A stretch of 32,000 bases of DNA. Source: Candidatus Saccharimonadota bacterium. GTDB lineage: Bacteria; Patescibacteriota; Saccharimonadia; Saccharimonadales; UBA4665. A model generated the notes under the pieces. It was given only the letters and a program-made list of their open reading frames with translations. It was not told the DNA's origin and searched no databases. The position numbers and the translations under genes were made by a program. The first letter of the stretch is position 1, and each line of letters begins with the position of its first letter. Positions 1 through 8,795 of the stretch are shown here, one piece after another. The stretch lies in NCBI GenBank assembly GCA_963716945.1, contig OY970322.1, forward strand, positions 510,001 through 542,000. The letters run 5' to 3'.

Positions 1-1
1 C

Positions 2-1159
2 GGCTCGGACGCGCCGTTCGGCGGCCTGCAAGTCGTACTGGTCGGCGACCTGTTCCAGCTGCCGCCCATTAGCCGCGGCACGGATGTTTTGGATTTCGTC
101 TACTTGTCGGAGGCTTGGGCCGAGCTCGACTTAAAAATCTGCTACTTGACCGAGCAGCACCGCCAGCAGGGCAATGACGCTTTGCTGGGACTCTTGGAAG
201 CTATGCGCCGCGGCGAAGTTGGCGAGGACCATGGGCTGCTGCTTCAAGACCGCCTCGAGCAGACGGCGCCGGAGTCGGCCGTGACCAGGCTTTACGCCCA
301 CAACATCGATGTTGACGCTATCAACCGGCGCCACTTGGACGTCTTGCCGGGTCCGGCCCGCCGGTTTGAAATGCGGACCAAAGGCAGCAAGGCCAAGATA
401 GAGCAGCTGGCCAAAGGCCTGCTGGCTCCCGAAATCCTCGAACTGAAAACCGGCGCCGAAGTGATGTTCGTGGCCAATAATTTCGCGGAAGGCTTCGTTA
501 ACGGCAGTCGCGGCACGGTAGTTGAATTTGACAATGATTCTCCGGTCGTCCGCCTTATGAACGGCCGCCGCATAACCGTCGAGCCCCATGGCTGGAGCTT
601 GAGCGAGGACGGCCGCATCAGAGCCGAAATTACCCAGCTGCCGCTGCGCCTGGCGTGGGCCATCACTATACATAAGAGCCAGGGCATGAGCCTCGATGCT
701 GCCGAAATCGACCTCAGCCGGGCCTTCACGCCGGGCATGGGCTACGTCGCCCTCAGCCGGGTGCGCAGCCTCGACGGCCTGTACTTGCGGGGGATTAACA
801 ATATGGCTATGGCCATGCATCCGCAAATCCACGAACTGGACGGCAAGTTGCGCCTGGCTTCTTCCCAAATAGCCGCTATCACCGAAGATGTTGCCGACGA
901 AGTAATCGTTGCCAAAGCCGGCCCGATAGTCGACGAAGCCCTATTCGTGAAGCTCAAAGACTGGCGCTACCAACGGGCCCAAGCCGATGGTGTTCCGCCC
1001 TTCATGGTGGCTCATAACGCGGCGCTCAGCGCGGTCGCCGCGGCCTTGCCGTCGACGCCGCAGCAACTCTTGGCACTGTCAGGTTTTGGCAGCCGCAAAG
1101 TCGAAGCCTATGGCCCGGACATCCTGGCCATAATCGCTGCCCACCGGCCCGGTTCTTAA
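2..1159 (+). CDS. Pif1/RecD-family (SF1B) DNA helicase, C-terminal part with HRDC-like domain; the 5' end lies outside the window
   Basis: The frame is open from base 2 (GSDAPFGGLQVVLVGDLFQLPPI, a DxxQLPP-type helicase motif) and continues in frame into the 89..1159 ORF. ITIHKSQGMSLD and GYVALSRVRS resemble late SF1 motifs. The C-terminal FVKLKDWRYQRAQADGVPPFMV...LLALSGFGSRKVEAYG looks HRDC-like. Confidence 0.8.
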   Translation, partial: GSDAPFGGLQVVLVGDLFQLPPISRGTDVLDFVYLSEAWAELDLKICYLTEQHRQQGNDALLGLLEAMRRGEVGEDHGLLLQDRLEQTAPESAVTRLYAHNIDVDAINRRHLDVLPGPARRFEMRTKGSKAKIEQLAKGLLAPEILELKTGAEVMFVANNFAEGFVNGSRGTVVEFDNDSPVVRLMNGRRITVEPHGWSLSEDGRIRAEITQLPLRLAWAITIHKSQGMSLDAAEIDLSRAFTPGMGYVALSRVRSLDGLYLRGINNMAMAMHPQIHELDGKLRLASSQIAAITEDVADEVIVAKAGPIVDEALFVKLKDWRYQRAQADGVPPFMVAHNAALSAVAAALPSTPQQLLALSGFGSRKVEAYGPDILAIIAAHRPGS

Positions 1160-1249
1160 AGATTAATTAAAAACCGCTCCAAAGATTTGACCGGTACCGG
1201 CCGCCCCTGCCATCATGCCCGCTACCTATTAATCAAGGAGGCAAAACCT

Positions 1250-1831
1250 ATGAAGAGGCTAAGGAACACTAAACATTTGGCACGGACAATAATAATGACG
1301 GCATCAATCGCTATCCTGGCCGTCGGCGTCACATTCGCCGCCCTCCAGAGCCAGCCCGACACTCTGACCGGCAACAGCGTCGAAACCGCCACGGCCGATC
1401 TGCGCCTGAGCACTGATGGTAATAATTTCTCCAATTCCCATGCCGGCTTCGATTTCAACAACCTGATACCGGGCGGCCCGGCGGTACCGGCGGCCGGCTA
1501 TTCTGTCTACCTGCAGGACTCCGGCGGCACGCCTTTGGCAGTCAAGCTGGCCGTAAGCAGCGCGCCGACCAACCCCGACAATGTCGATTTAAGCAAGGTC
1601 AGCGTCGTGCTGACGGAAGTCGGCGGCGGCACGGGCAGCCAGAACTTCAGCCTGCAGGCCCTGGTGGCCGCTTCGTCTAGCGGCGGTCTGCCTCTCAGCG
1701 GCAGCATTGACACCCACAACACCAAGCAGTATAAGCTTCAGGTTTCGATGGCCGCCGACGCCGTTAACGGTTCCGGTGCGACCCTGGGCAACATTGACTT
1801 CGTCTTCAGCGGCACGGCTCAGAGCAGCTAA
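1250..1831 (+). CDS. Secreted TasA/camelysin-like protein with a SipW-type signal peptide
   Basis: AAGGAGG at 1235-1241 precedes ATG 1250; the track ORF start at 1187 lies upstream of this RBS. The N-terminus MKRLRNTKHLARTIIMTASIAILAVGVTFAALQS resembles the SipW-dependent signal. The body is beta-rich Gly/Ser/Ala and ends IDFVFSGTAQ, as TasA-family C-termini do. Confidence 0.6.
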   Translation: MKRLRNTKHLARTIIMTASIAILAVGVTFAALQSQPDTLTGNSVETATADLRLSTDGNNFSNSHAGFDFNNLIPGGPAVPAAGYSVYLQDSGGTPLAVKLAVSSAPTNPDNVDLSKVSVVLTEVGGGTGSQNFSLQALVAASSSGGLPLSGSIDTHNTKQYKLQVSMAADAVNGSGATLGNIDFVFSGTAQSS

Positions 1832-1881
1832 AGCCCGGCCCGTGCCTATGACCGCCAACCGGGCAGTGTTAGACTGTAAAC

Positions 1882-2463
1882 ATGCCAAGCAAATCGAGCC
1901 AGCCGGATACCTATGCTTTCATCGATAGCCAGAACCTGAACCTCGGCACCCAGCGCATGGGCTGGAAGCTCGACTGGCGCAAATTCCGCCAATACTTACG
2001 CGACAAACACGGCGTTACCCGCGCCTACATGTTCATCGGTTACATGATCGAGAACGAGCAGCTATACGAATACATGCATGAACTCGGCTACCTGGTTGTG
2101 CTGAAACCGACCGTCGACGTCAGCCCGTCCCACCATGAGGGCAGCCAACCGCCCTCGGCCAAAGACAAAGCCGAAGAAACCGAAGCCAAGGACAGAGACA
2201 AGCCGACAGTCAAAGGCAACGTCGACGCCGAGCTGGTCCTGTACGCTATGAAGGAGCTGCCGAACTACAGCCAGGCCGTCATTGTCTCAGGCGACGGCGA
2301 CTTCTTCAGCCTGGCCGAATACCTGGAAGAGCAGGGCAAACTGGCCCACATCCTGACTCCGAATTGGCAGTACTCCAGCTTGCTCAAAGTCTTCGACGAC
2401 AAGATAATCCGCCTTGACCAGCTGCGCCGCCAGCTAGCTTACCACGACCGCAAAAAGAAATAA
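1882..2463 (+). CDS. NYN-domain (LabA/PIN-like) putative ribonuclease
   Basis: N-terminal YAFIDSQNLNLG and C-terminal VIVSGDGDF motifs are typical of NYN domains. It carries a charged insert (HHEGSQPPSAKDKAEETEAKDRDK). Confidence 0.7.
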   Translation: MPSKSSQPDTYAFIDSQNLNLGTQRMGWKLDWRKFRQYLRDKHGVTRAYMFIGYMIENEQLYEYMHELGYLVVLKPTVDVSPSHHEGSQPPSAKDKAEETEAKDRDKPTVKGNVDAELVLYAMKELPNYSQAVIVSGDGDFFSLAEYLEEQGKLAHILTPNWQYSSLLKVFDDKIIRLDQLRRQLAYHDRKKK

Positions 2464-2509
2464 TTCCGGCCGGAGTGGCGTATACTAAGCTTAGGACCAG
2501 GAGGACTTC

Positions 2510-3238
2510 ATGGCAGATAAGGATTGGGACTTCAAGGGCTTGAAAGCCGTTTTTTTCAACGGCACCCTGACCAAATCGCCCGAACCCAGCCACACCGAAC
2601 GGCTCATCAAAATCAGCCGCGACATCATGGACAAGCACGGCGTCCAAACCGAGTCGATCCGCACCATAGACCGCGATATCGCCGCCGGCGTCTGGCCTGA
2701 CATGCGCGAGCACGGTTATAAGACCGACGAATGGCCCGAGATCTTCAAGCTAGTCATGGAAGCTGACATTTTGGTCCTGGCCGGCCCGATCTGGCTGGGC
2801 GACAACAGCAGCGAAACCAAAAAGGTCATCGAGCGCCTTTACGCCTGCAGCAGCATCCTGAACGGGCAGGGCCAATACGCCTTCTACGGCAAAGCCGGCG
2901 GCTGTCTGATTACCGGCAATGAAGACGGCATCAAGCACTGCGCCATGAACATCCTCTATAGCCTGCAGCACCTTGGCTACACCATTCCCCCGCAAGCTGA
3001 TGCCGGCTGGATCGGCGAGGCGGGCCCCGGCGCCAGCTATGGTGATGACGACGGCCATGGCGGTCAAACCGGTTTCGACAACGATTTCACCAACCGCAAC
3101 ACGACTTTCATGACTTGGAACCTGATGCACCTGGCCAAACTGCTCAAGGCCGCCGGCGGCATCCCGGCCTACGGCAACCAGCGTTCCAAATGGGATGCCG
3201 GCGCCCGTTTCGACTTCTCCAACCCCGAATATCGTTAA
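2510..3238 (+). CDS. Flavodoxin-like fold NAD(P)H-dependent FMN reductase family protein
   Basis: AGGAGG lies a few nt upstream of the ATG. KAVFFNGTLTKSP and ADILVLAGPIWLGDNSSETKKVIERL match the flavodoxin_2/FMN-reductase pattern. Confidence 0.65.
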   Translation: MADKDWDFKGLKAVFFNGTLTKSPEPSHTERLIKISRDIMDKHGVQTESIRTIDRDIAAGVWPDMREHGYKTDEWPEIFKLVMEADILVLAGPIWLGDNSSETKKVIERLYACSSILNGQGQYAFYGKAGGCLITGNEDGIKHCAMNILYSLQHLGYTIPPQADAGWIGEAGPGASYGDDDGHGGQTGFDNDFTNRNTTFMTWNLMHLAKLLKAAGGIPAYGNQRSKWDAGARFDFSNPEYR

Positions 3239-3256
3239 CTTAGAAAGGAGCCCCCA

Positions 3257-3889
3257 ATGAAAATAACCAAATTCGTCCACGCCTGCCTGCTAGTCGAAAC
3301 GCCCGACCGCACAGCCCTCTTCGACCCCGGCACCATGAGCACGCCCCACATCGATATCGACAGCCTGACCCGGCTGGATGACATTTTCATTACTCATGAA
3401 CACGCCGACCACAAGGACATTCCTTTCATCAAGCGGCTAGTGGCTAAGTTCCCGGACGTTCGCATTACGACCACGCCCGAAGTCGTCAAGCAGCTGGCCG
3501 CCGAGGGTATTAAGGCCACCGACAAGCCATCCGACGGTATTGAGTTCTTCGACTCCCCGCACGAAAGCGTCGCCCCGCTGTTCGGCACGCCGCCGCAAGA
3601 GATCGGGATTCACTACCTAGGCCTCTTGAGCCACCCCGGCGACAGCCACAGCTTCCACGAGACCAAGGCCATCCTGGCATTGCCGGTCGCGGCCCCCTGG
3701 GGGAGTACCATCAAGGCCCTCAATCTGGCGCTGGAACTCAAGCCGCAGCACGTACTGCCGATCCATGACTGGCACTGGCGCGACGAAGCCCGGGAGCAGA
3801 CTTACGGCATGTTCGAAAAGATTCTCGGCCAGCAGGGCATCACTTTTCATAAGCTCCAAACCGGCCAGCCCATAGAAATAGACATCTGA
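3257..3889 (+). CDS. MBL-fold metallo-hydrolase
   Basis: AAAGGAG RBS. HxHxDH motif (FITHEHADH) with downstream His/Asp ligand positions (HPGDSH, PIHDWH). Confidence 0.75.
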   Translation: MKITKFVHACLLVETPDRTALFDPGTMSTPHIDIDSLTRLDDIFITHEHADHKDIPFIKRLVAKFPDVRITTTPEVVKQLAAEGIKATDKPSDGIEFFDSPHESVAPLFGTPPQEIGIHYLGLLSHPGDSHSFHETKAILALPVAAPWGSTIKALNLALELKPQHVLPIHDWHWRDEAREQTYGMFEKILGQQGITFHKLQTGQPIEIDI

Positions 3890-3924
3890 CGACATCGCCA
3901 GCCTGCATAATTCCAAACCAGAAC

Positions 3925-3953
3925 ATTGACAAAATACATAATATTTGCTACAG
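3925..3953 (+). promoter_or_regulatory. Sigma70-type promoter TTGACA-N17-TACAGT, 8 nt before ATG 3962 (leaderless geometry)
   Basis: TTGACA at 3925-3930, a 17-nt spacer, then TACAGT at 3948-3953. The ATG at 3962 sits at the expected transcription start. Confidence 0.65.
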
Positions 3954-3961
3954 TTATGTAG

Positions 3962-4258
3962 ATGTCAAATAAAACAAAAAGTCCACAAACCGCAACCGAC
4001 AAGCTAACCGAAGCTGCCAAACAAGGCGGTATCATCCTGATGGCAGCTGCTGCCACGCTCGGTATGCTTGAGCTGCCTGACCACACCCCGGCCAGGGCGG
4101 TGGTCGTACCGAACCAGCCGGCATTCGCCATGGCCGCCAGGGACATCAACGGCCAGAATCAAACCACCCAAATCCTGCGCGAACGCTACGAAGCCGCACC
4201 GCACTACGTCAGTTATAGCGAAAGCCAACGCACCCCCAGCCGTTCCGGCAAACACTAA
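3962..4258 (+). CDS. Hypothetical small membrane-anchored protein
   Basis: The ORF starts at the predicted TSS and has one hydrophobic segment (GGIILMAAAATLGML). No recognisable family. Confidence 0.45.
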   Translation: MSNKTKSPQTATDKLTEAAKQGGIILMAAAATLGMLELPDHTPARAVVVPNQPAFAMAARDINGQNQTTQILRERYEAAPHYVSYSESQRTPSRSGKH

Positions 4259-4280
4259 ACTAAAACAAAAAGGATCAAAC

Positions 4281-4661
4281 ATGTCTACATACCCAAACAG
4301 AGCAAGCCAACCCGACATACGCTTAAACGCCAGGGGGCGGCTGGTAGCGGCCGTCGGAGTCGCCGCCGTAACGGCTATCGCCGCTTTTCCATCTGTCGGT
4401 AAGAACATCGGTCAAGAGGTAGCTAGGATTTTTAGCTCCGGACCGTCAGCTGCAGATCTTAGGAAGCTGCCGACCAGGGCCGTGGCTATACCAGGCGGCG
4501 AAGGCCCGGATTACGCCATAGGCGAAGTTGACCCTCAGGCTTTCGACAACGGGGAAGTTCTGTCGGAGCTTGAAGCGATGGTCAGGGACCAGTCTCCCGG
4601 CGGTGTGCCGCAACCCAACGAAGTTGTTAAACTTCCAATTCTATCTAAATCCGGGCAGTAA
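4281..4661 (+). CDS. Hypothetical membrane-anchored protein
   Basis: Internal ATG of the 4068..4661 ORF, preceded by AAAGGA and the TAAACTAAAACAAAAA module. One TM-like segment (LVAAVGVAAVTAIAAF). Followed by a strong terminator. Confidence 0.5.
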   Translation: MSTYPNRASQPDIRLNARGRLVAAVGVAAVTAIAAFPSVGKNIGQEVARIFSSGPSAADLRKLPTRAVAIPGGEGPDYAIGEVDPQAFDNGEVLSELEAMVRDQSPGGVPQPNEVVKLPILSKSGQ

Positions 4662-4736
4662 GCTTTAGCGTCTGCTGAGTCTGAGCTTACGCTACATAGT
4701 GTGTATATTTAAAAACCTCTGGAAAAACTGTGGATA

Positions 4737-4762
4737 AGTGGTGTGCGAAACACCACTTTTTT
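4737..4762 (+). terminator. Rho-independent terminator
   Basis: AGTGGTGT-GCGAA-ACACCACT forms a perfect 8-bp stem and is followed by TTTTT. Confidence 0.75.
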
Positions 4763-4788
4763 ATATTTTTAGCTTGCTTGGGGGTGCT

Positions 4789-4818
4789 AGTGGGTAGTAC
4801 ACTCATGTCAGTGGGTAG
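4789..4818 (+). promoter_or_regulatory. Direct repeats AGTGGGTAG x2 spaced 21 bp apart; candidate MraZ operator
   Basis: Identical 9-mers at 4789-4797 and 4810-4818, ~70 bp upstream of mraZ. A further TGGGG lies at 4779-4783. The GTGGG-type core is known for MraZ binding repeats. Confidence 0.4.
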
Positions 4819-4885
4819 AAATGGAACGGCAAAATAGCGCTCCAAATCAAAAAATAAAAAACCACTAGTAGCTTAAGGGACACCA

Positions 4886-5251
4886 ATGGCCACGGTAGAC
4901 TACTTCGAACGCAAGCTTGACGACAAGCGACGGCTGACAATTCCGCCGGAGCTTCGCGCCAAATTCGCGAGCGGGGTAGTAGTTACCAGGGGCTTCGGCC
5001 GGTACCTGCATCTTTATCCCAAAGATGTCTGGGAAAACCTGGTCGAGCCGCGTCTGGCCGGCGATATCCTCGACGAGCGCATAGCCGACCTCAACGTCCA
5101 ATTCCGGATGGGGAAAGTCGACCTGCTGCCCGACGACAAGCAAGGCCGCATAACGCTCGAGCAGCATTTGCTCGACTACGCGGGCATCAACCGCGACGTC
5201 GTGGCGGTCGGTGTCGGGCGCTACTGGCGCCTGATGGCCCCGGAAGCCTGA
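4886..5251 (+). CDS. mraZ: Transcriptional regulator MraZ
   Basis: Two DxxxR-type motifs (LDDKRRLTIP and DDKQGRITL) of the duplicated SpoVT/AbrB-like MraZ fold. First gene of the dcw cluster. Confidence 0.85.
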   Translation: MATVDYFERKLDDKRRLTIPPELRAKFASGVVVTRGFGRYLHLYPKDVWENLVEPRLAGDILDERIADLNVQFRMGKVDLLPDDKQGRITLEQHLLDYAGINRDVVAVGVGRYWRLMAPEA

Positions 5252-5536
5252 GCAAGCTGCGCACCTTAACAACCTAGTACAGAATAGAAACCAACATTCG
5301 AGGTCAGCTATTCGGTAGTCAACAAGTGGAATTCGATAGTAAACCACTCTAAAAAAGCGCTTAGCACCTTTCTAAAAACACCTCCCAAAACTCCACCTCA
5401 CACATAAGTCTCTCAAACTTGGCTTCGGCGAAAAGTATTTATACATTTTGCTTAAGCCGCACAAAAACAAAAACTCCAAAAAAACAAAAAGTTGACTACT
5501 GATTAGGTGACCTTGCAAAACAAAATGTAAGTCAAG

Positions 5537-6485
5537 ATGCACCAAAACAAAAACCAAAATAAATACAAACAGCACGTTCCGGTACTACTGCGCGAAGTCT
5601 TGCGGTATCTGGATCCGAAGGCCGGGGAATCATACCTTGACCTGACGGCCGGTTACGGCGGGCACGCGGCAGCCATATTGGAGCGGACTGGAAGCCTCAC
5701 AACGGCGGTGTTGGTCGACCGCGACAGTCAAGCGGTCGAAGCACTCCGGGAGAAGTTCGCAGGCAGCGAGATAAGCATCCTGCACAGGATTTTCGGACAG
5801 CCAGCCAGGCGCTGTCGAACAGGGTCGCCGGTTTGACCTTATTTTGGCCGATTTGGGCGTATCGTCACCGCACCTTAACGAGGGCCAGCGCGGGTTTGCC
5901 ATTAATACGGATGGCCCACTGGACATGCGAATGGATCGGTCCCAGGCACTGACCGCCGCCGATGTAGTCAATGGCTATAGCGAAGCGGTCCTGGCCGACT
6001 TGCTGCGGCGTTACGGCGAAGAGCCGAAGTCAAAGCGGATTGCCCAGCTAATAGTGGCCGGGCGGCCGTTCAGCAGTACCGCCCAACTAGCCGCTGTGGT
6101 AGCCAAGGCCTGGCCGGGGTATAGCCGGGTTCATCCGGCAACGCGGACTTTCCAAGCCCTAAGAATCGCCGTCAACGACGAGCTGGAGCTGCTGGAACAA
6201 AGCCTGCCGCTCTGGATACAGCTGTTGGCGCCGGGCGGACGAATCGGCATCATCAGCTTCCATAGCCTGGAAGACCGGCTGGTGAAACAGGCCCTGCATG
6301 ACGCCGCTGGCGAGCGTTACGATGCCGAACTCAGGCTGCTGACCAAACGGCCGGTAACGGCCGGCCCCACCGAAATAGTCACTAATCCGCGCGCCCGCAG
6401 CGCCAAGCTGCGAGCCGCAGTGAAAATAAAAACGAAAGGGAACGCTTATGCCAATTCCGGTAAAAAGCAGCTCCCGCGCCTATAA
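5537..6485 (+). pseudogene. rsmH: 16S rRNA m4C1402 methyltransferase RsmH, split by an apparent single-nt frameshift near 5786-5793
   Basis: The N-terminal frame gives HVPVLLREVL...DLTAGYGGHAAAIL...VLVDRDSQA...ISILH. The reading then continues in the next frame as FSDSQPGAVEQGRRFDLILADLGVSSPHLNEGQRGFA...FHSLEDRLVK...NPRARSAKLR. The two frames overlap at 5775-5836. Confidence 0.8.
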
Positions 6486-6587
6486 GATCCACGTCAAAGT
6501 GGTCTAACAGGCAAGTAGCGGTTCCGGCCCCAGCGATGGGGCTGGAACTAGGTAAATCTCATTAAACTAAAACAAAAATAAAAACCT

Positions 6588-6935
6588 ATGACATACTCAA
6601 GTTCTTTGGCCATGAACCGCACGCGGTACCAGGGCCGAAACCAAAACTCAGTCAGCTTTCGCACCGAAACGCGGACGCTCGGCCCGGTTAGCAACACCAT
6701 CATCCTGATTGTGTTAGCTTGTTTGCTGGGTCTGCTGTATTTGACGCAGGTTACTAAGACGAATGCCTACGGTTACCAGATCAACGCCTTGCAGCAACAG
6801 CAGGCCGACCTGAAAAGCCAGCATGACAATCTGGAAGTGGCTTCCGCGCGGCTTCAATCTTTGAGCCGAGTCGGCGGCAGCGCCGTCGCCAAAAACCTCG
6901 TTTCCGTCGCTCCGTCGGCCACGGTTCAGAACTAA
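6588..6935 (+). CDS. ftsL: FtsL-like cell division protein
   Basis: Lies between rsmH and ftsI. Single TM (IILIVLACLLGLLYL) followed by a coiled-coil-like segment (QINALQQQQADLKSQHDNLE). Confidence 0.6.
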   Translation: MTYSSSLAMNRTRYQGRNQNSVSFRTETRTLGPVSNTIILIVLACLLGLLYLTQVTKTNAYGYQINALQQQQADLKSQHDNLEVASARLQSLSRVGGSAVAKNLVSVAPSATVQN

Positions 6936-7000
6936 GCGCCATGCCGGGTTGCGGCCGCTATTTCCCGATTAGGGGCGGGCGCTTTATAATATAAGAGGTC

Positions 7001-8782
7001 ATGGCTTTGCAAAACAAAAATGACACCGCCGGCTTAATCGTTAAACGAGTCCGTATTTGGTACGGACTATTGGTCCTGGTGCTGGTCATCTTCGTAATAA
7101 GACTGTTTTACGTCCAGATTATCAATTATGGTCATTACCGGGCGGCGGCGTTGAGCGACCAGCTCAAACAGTACCAGATTCCGGCTACGCGCGGCATTAT
7201 CGAAGCCCATGAAGGCGATTCGATCTTGCCGATTGTCCTTAACCAGGAGCTATATACGCTCTATGCCGACCCGGTTAATATCAAGAATGCCAATCAAGAA
7301 GCGGCCAAGCTCGTGCCTATTATCGGTGGCGACGCGGCTACTTACGCCGCCGGGATGAAAGTCAAGAATACGCGTTACTCCATCTTGGCCAAGAAGCTGA
7401 CCGGCAGCCAGCAGACTCAGATAACCAACCTTCAACTACCGGGCGTGGGTACCCAAGGGCAGGATTACCGTACCTATCCTCAGGGCAGCCTGGCGTCCCA
7501 GACACTGGGTTTCGTAGATAATAACGGCTTGGGCCAGTACGGCATTGAACAAGCACTAAATAAGGAGTTATCCGGTACGCCGGGGCAGCTCAAAGCTATA
7601 ACTGACGCCAACGGCGTGCCGCTGGCAGCCACCAAGGGCAATATCGAAACGGCGCCGAAGGACGGCGACAACATTGTCCTGACGCTTGACCTATCGATGC
7701 AAGCCCAAATGGAGAAGATTCTGCAGAAAGATTACGAATCGACCAAATCCCAAGGCTTGAGCGCCATTATCATGGACCCTAACACCGGCCAGATCAAAGC
7801 CATGGCTAATTATCCGACGTATGACCCGAGCGATTACCAAAACGTCACCAACCCGGCGCTATACCAGAATGCCGCCGTCAGCAACGCCATCGAACCCGGC
7901 TCGACCATGAAAATCATGACAACCGCTGCCGCCCTGGACCAAGGCGTCATCCAGCCCAACACCACATTCTACGATCCGGCCCACTGGATTGTCGACGGCT
8001 TCAATATTACCGACATTGAAGAGGACGGTGGCGCCCGGCAGCAGAGCATTGCCAGCGTGCTCAACCTGTCCCTAAACACCGGCGCGACCTGGATGCTGAT
8101 GCAGATGGGCGGCGGGCAGATCAACACCAAGGCCAGAGACGCGTGGTACGACTATATGACCAACCACTTCCGGCTGGGCCAGCAGACCGGTATCCAGCAG
8201 GGTTACGAAATCGCCGATCCCGTGACTAAGCCCCAAGACAATGGCGCCGGCATCGATCTTACCTACGCTGATATGTCATTCGGCCAGGCCGTCCAGATTA
8301 CCGCCGTGCAAATGGCGGCCGCCGATTCAAGCATCTTAAACGGCGGGACTTACTATCAGCCTAATCTGGTGGACGAAACTATTGATGCCAACGGCAAGGC
8401 TACCAAAGTCCAGCCCAAGGTTCTGGAAAGGAATGTCGTCTCGCCGAAAGTGAGCCAGGAAATGCAGCCGCTGATGGAGTACGTCGTGCAGCAGCACTTG
8501 GCCTCGGGCTTTTCGTACATGAACTTCAGCTCTGACTACATTGTCGGCGGCAAAACGGGTACGGCCCAGATAGCCCAGCCGGGCGGCGGTTACTACGCCG
8601 ATAAGTTCAACGGCACTTACACCGGCTTCGTCGGCGGTGACAAGCCGCAATACGTCATCGTAGTTTATAATATTCAACCGGGCGTACCCGGCTATGCCGG
8701 TACCTATGGCGGCCAGCCGGTGTTCGCGGACCTGGCGCATATGTTAATCGATAATTCCTACGTCACGCCGAAAAGCCAGTAA
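7001..8782 (+). CDS. ftsI: Class B penicillin-binding protein (FtsI/PBP2 transpeptidase)
   Basis: N-terminal TM. SxxK (STMK), SxN (SLN) and KTG (KTGT) motifs are in the expected order. Confidence 0.9.
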   Translation: MALQNKNDTAGLIVKRVRIWYGLLVLVLVIFVIRLFYVQIINYGHYRAAALSDQLKQYQIPATRGIIEAHEGDSILPIVLNQELYTLYADPVNIKNANQEAAKLVPIIGGDAATYAAGMKVKNTRYSILAKKLTGSQQTQITNLQLPGVGTQGQDYRTYPQGSLASQTLGFVDNNGLGQYGIEQALNKELSGTPGQLKAITDANGVPLAATKGNIETAPKDGDNIVLTLDLSMQAQMEKILQKDYESTKSQGLSAIIMDPNTGQIKAMANYPTYDPSDYQNVTNPALYQNAAVSNAIEPGSTMKIMTTAAALDQGVIQPNTTFYDPAHWIVDGFNITDIEEDGGARQQSIASVLNLSLNTGATWMLMQMGGGQINTKARDAWYDYMTNHFRLGQQTGIQQGYEIADPVTKPQDNGAGIDLTYADMSFGQAVQITAVQMAAADSSILNGGTYYQPNLVDETIDANGKATKVQPKVLERNVVSPKVSQEMQPLMEYVVQQHLASGFSYMNFSSDYIVGGKTGTAQIAQPGGGYYADKFNGTYTGFVGGDKPQYVIVVYNIQPGVPGYAGTYGGQPVFADLAHMLIDNSYVTPKSQ

Positions 8783-8795
8783 ACATTTCCGGAAA

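Noticed and set aside
131-868. Long antisense or off-frame ORFs (for example 131..868, 11977..12585, 14009..14530, 15817..16368, 24965..25570, 21146..22063)
   Set aside because: Each lies opposite or overlapping a gene with clear family motifs. They show Arg/Ala/Gly/Pro-rich composition with no motifs, which is the expected stop-codon-poor artefact of GC-rich DNA.
4729-4737. Perfect DnaA box TGTGGATAA (TTATCCACA) upstream of mraZ; a TGTGGAAAA variant at 13388-13396
   Set aside because: These are single isolated boxes, the first partly within the terminator region. There is no cluster of boxes, no adjacent AT-rich unwinding element pattern and no dnaA/dnaN context, so they are not evidence for oriC.
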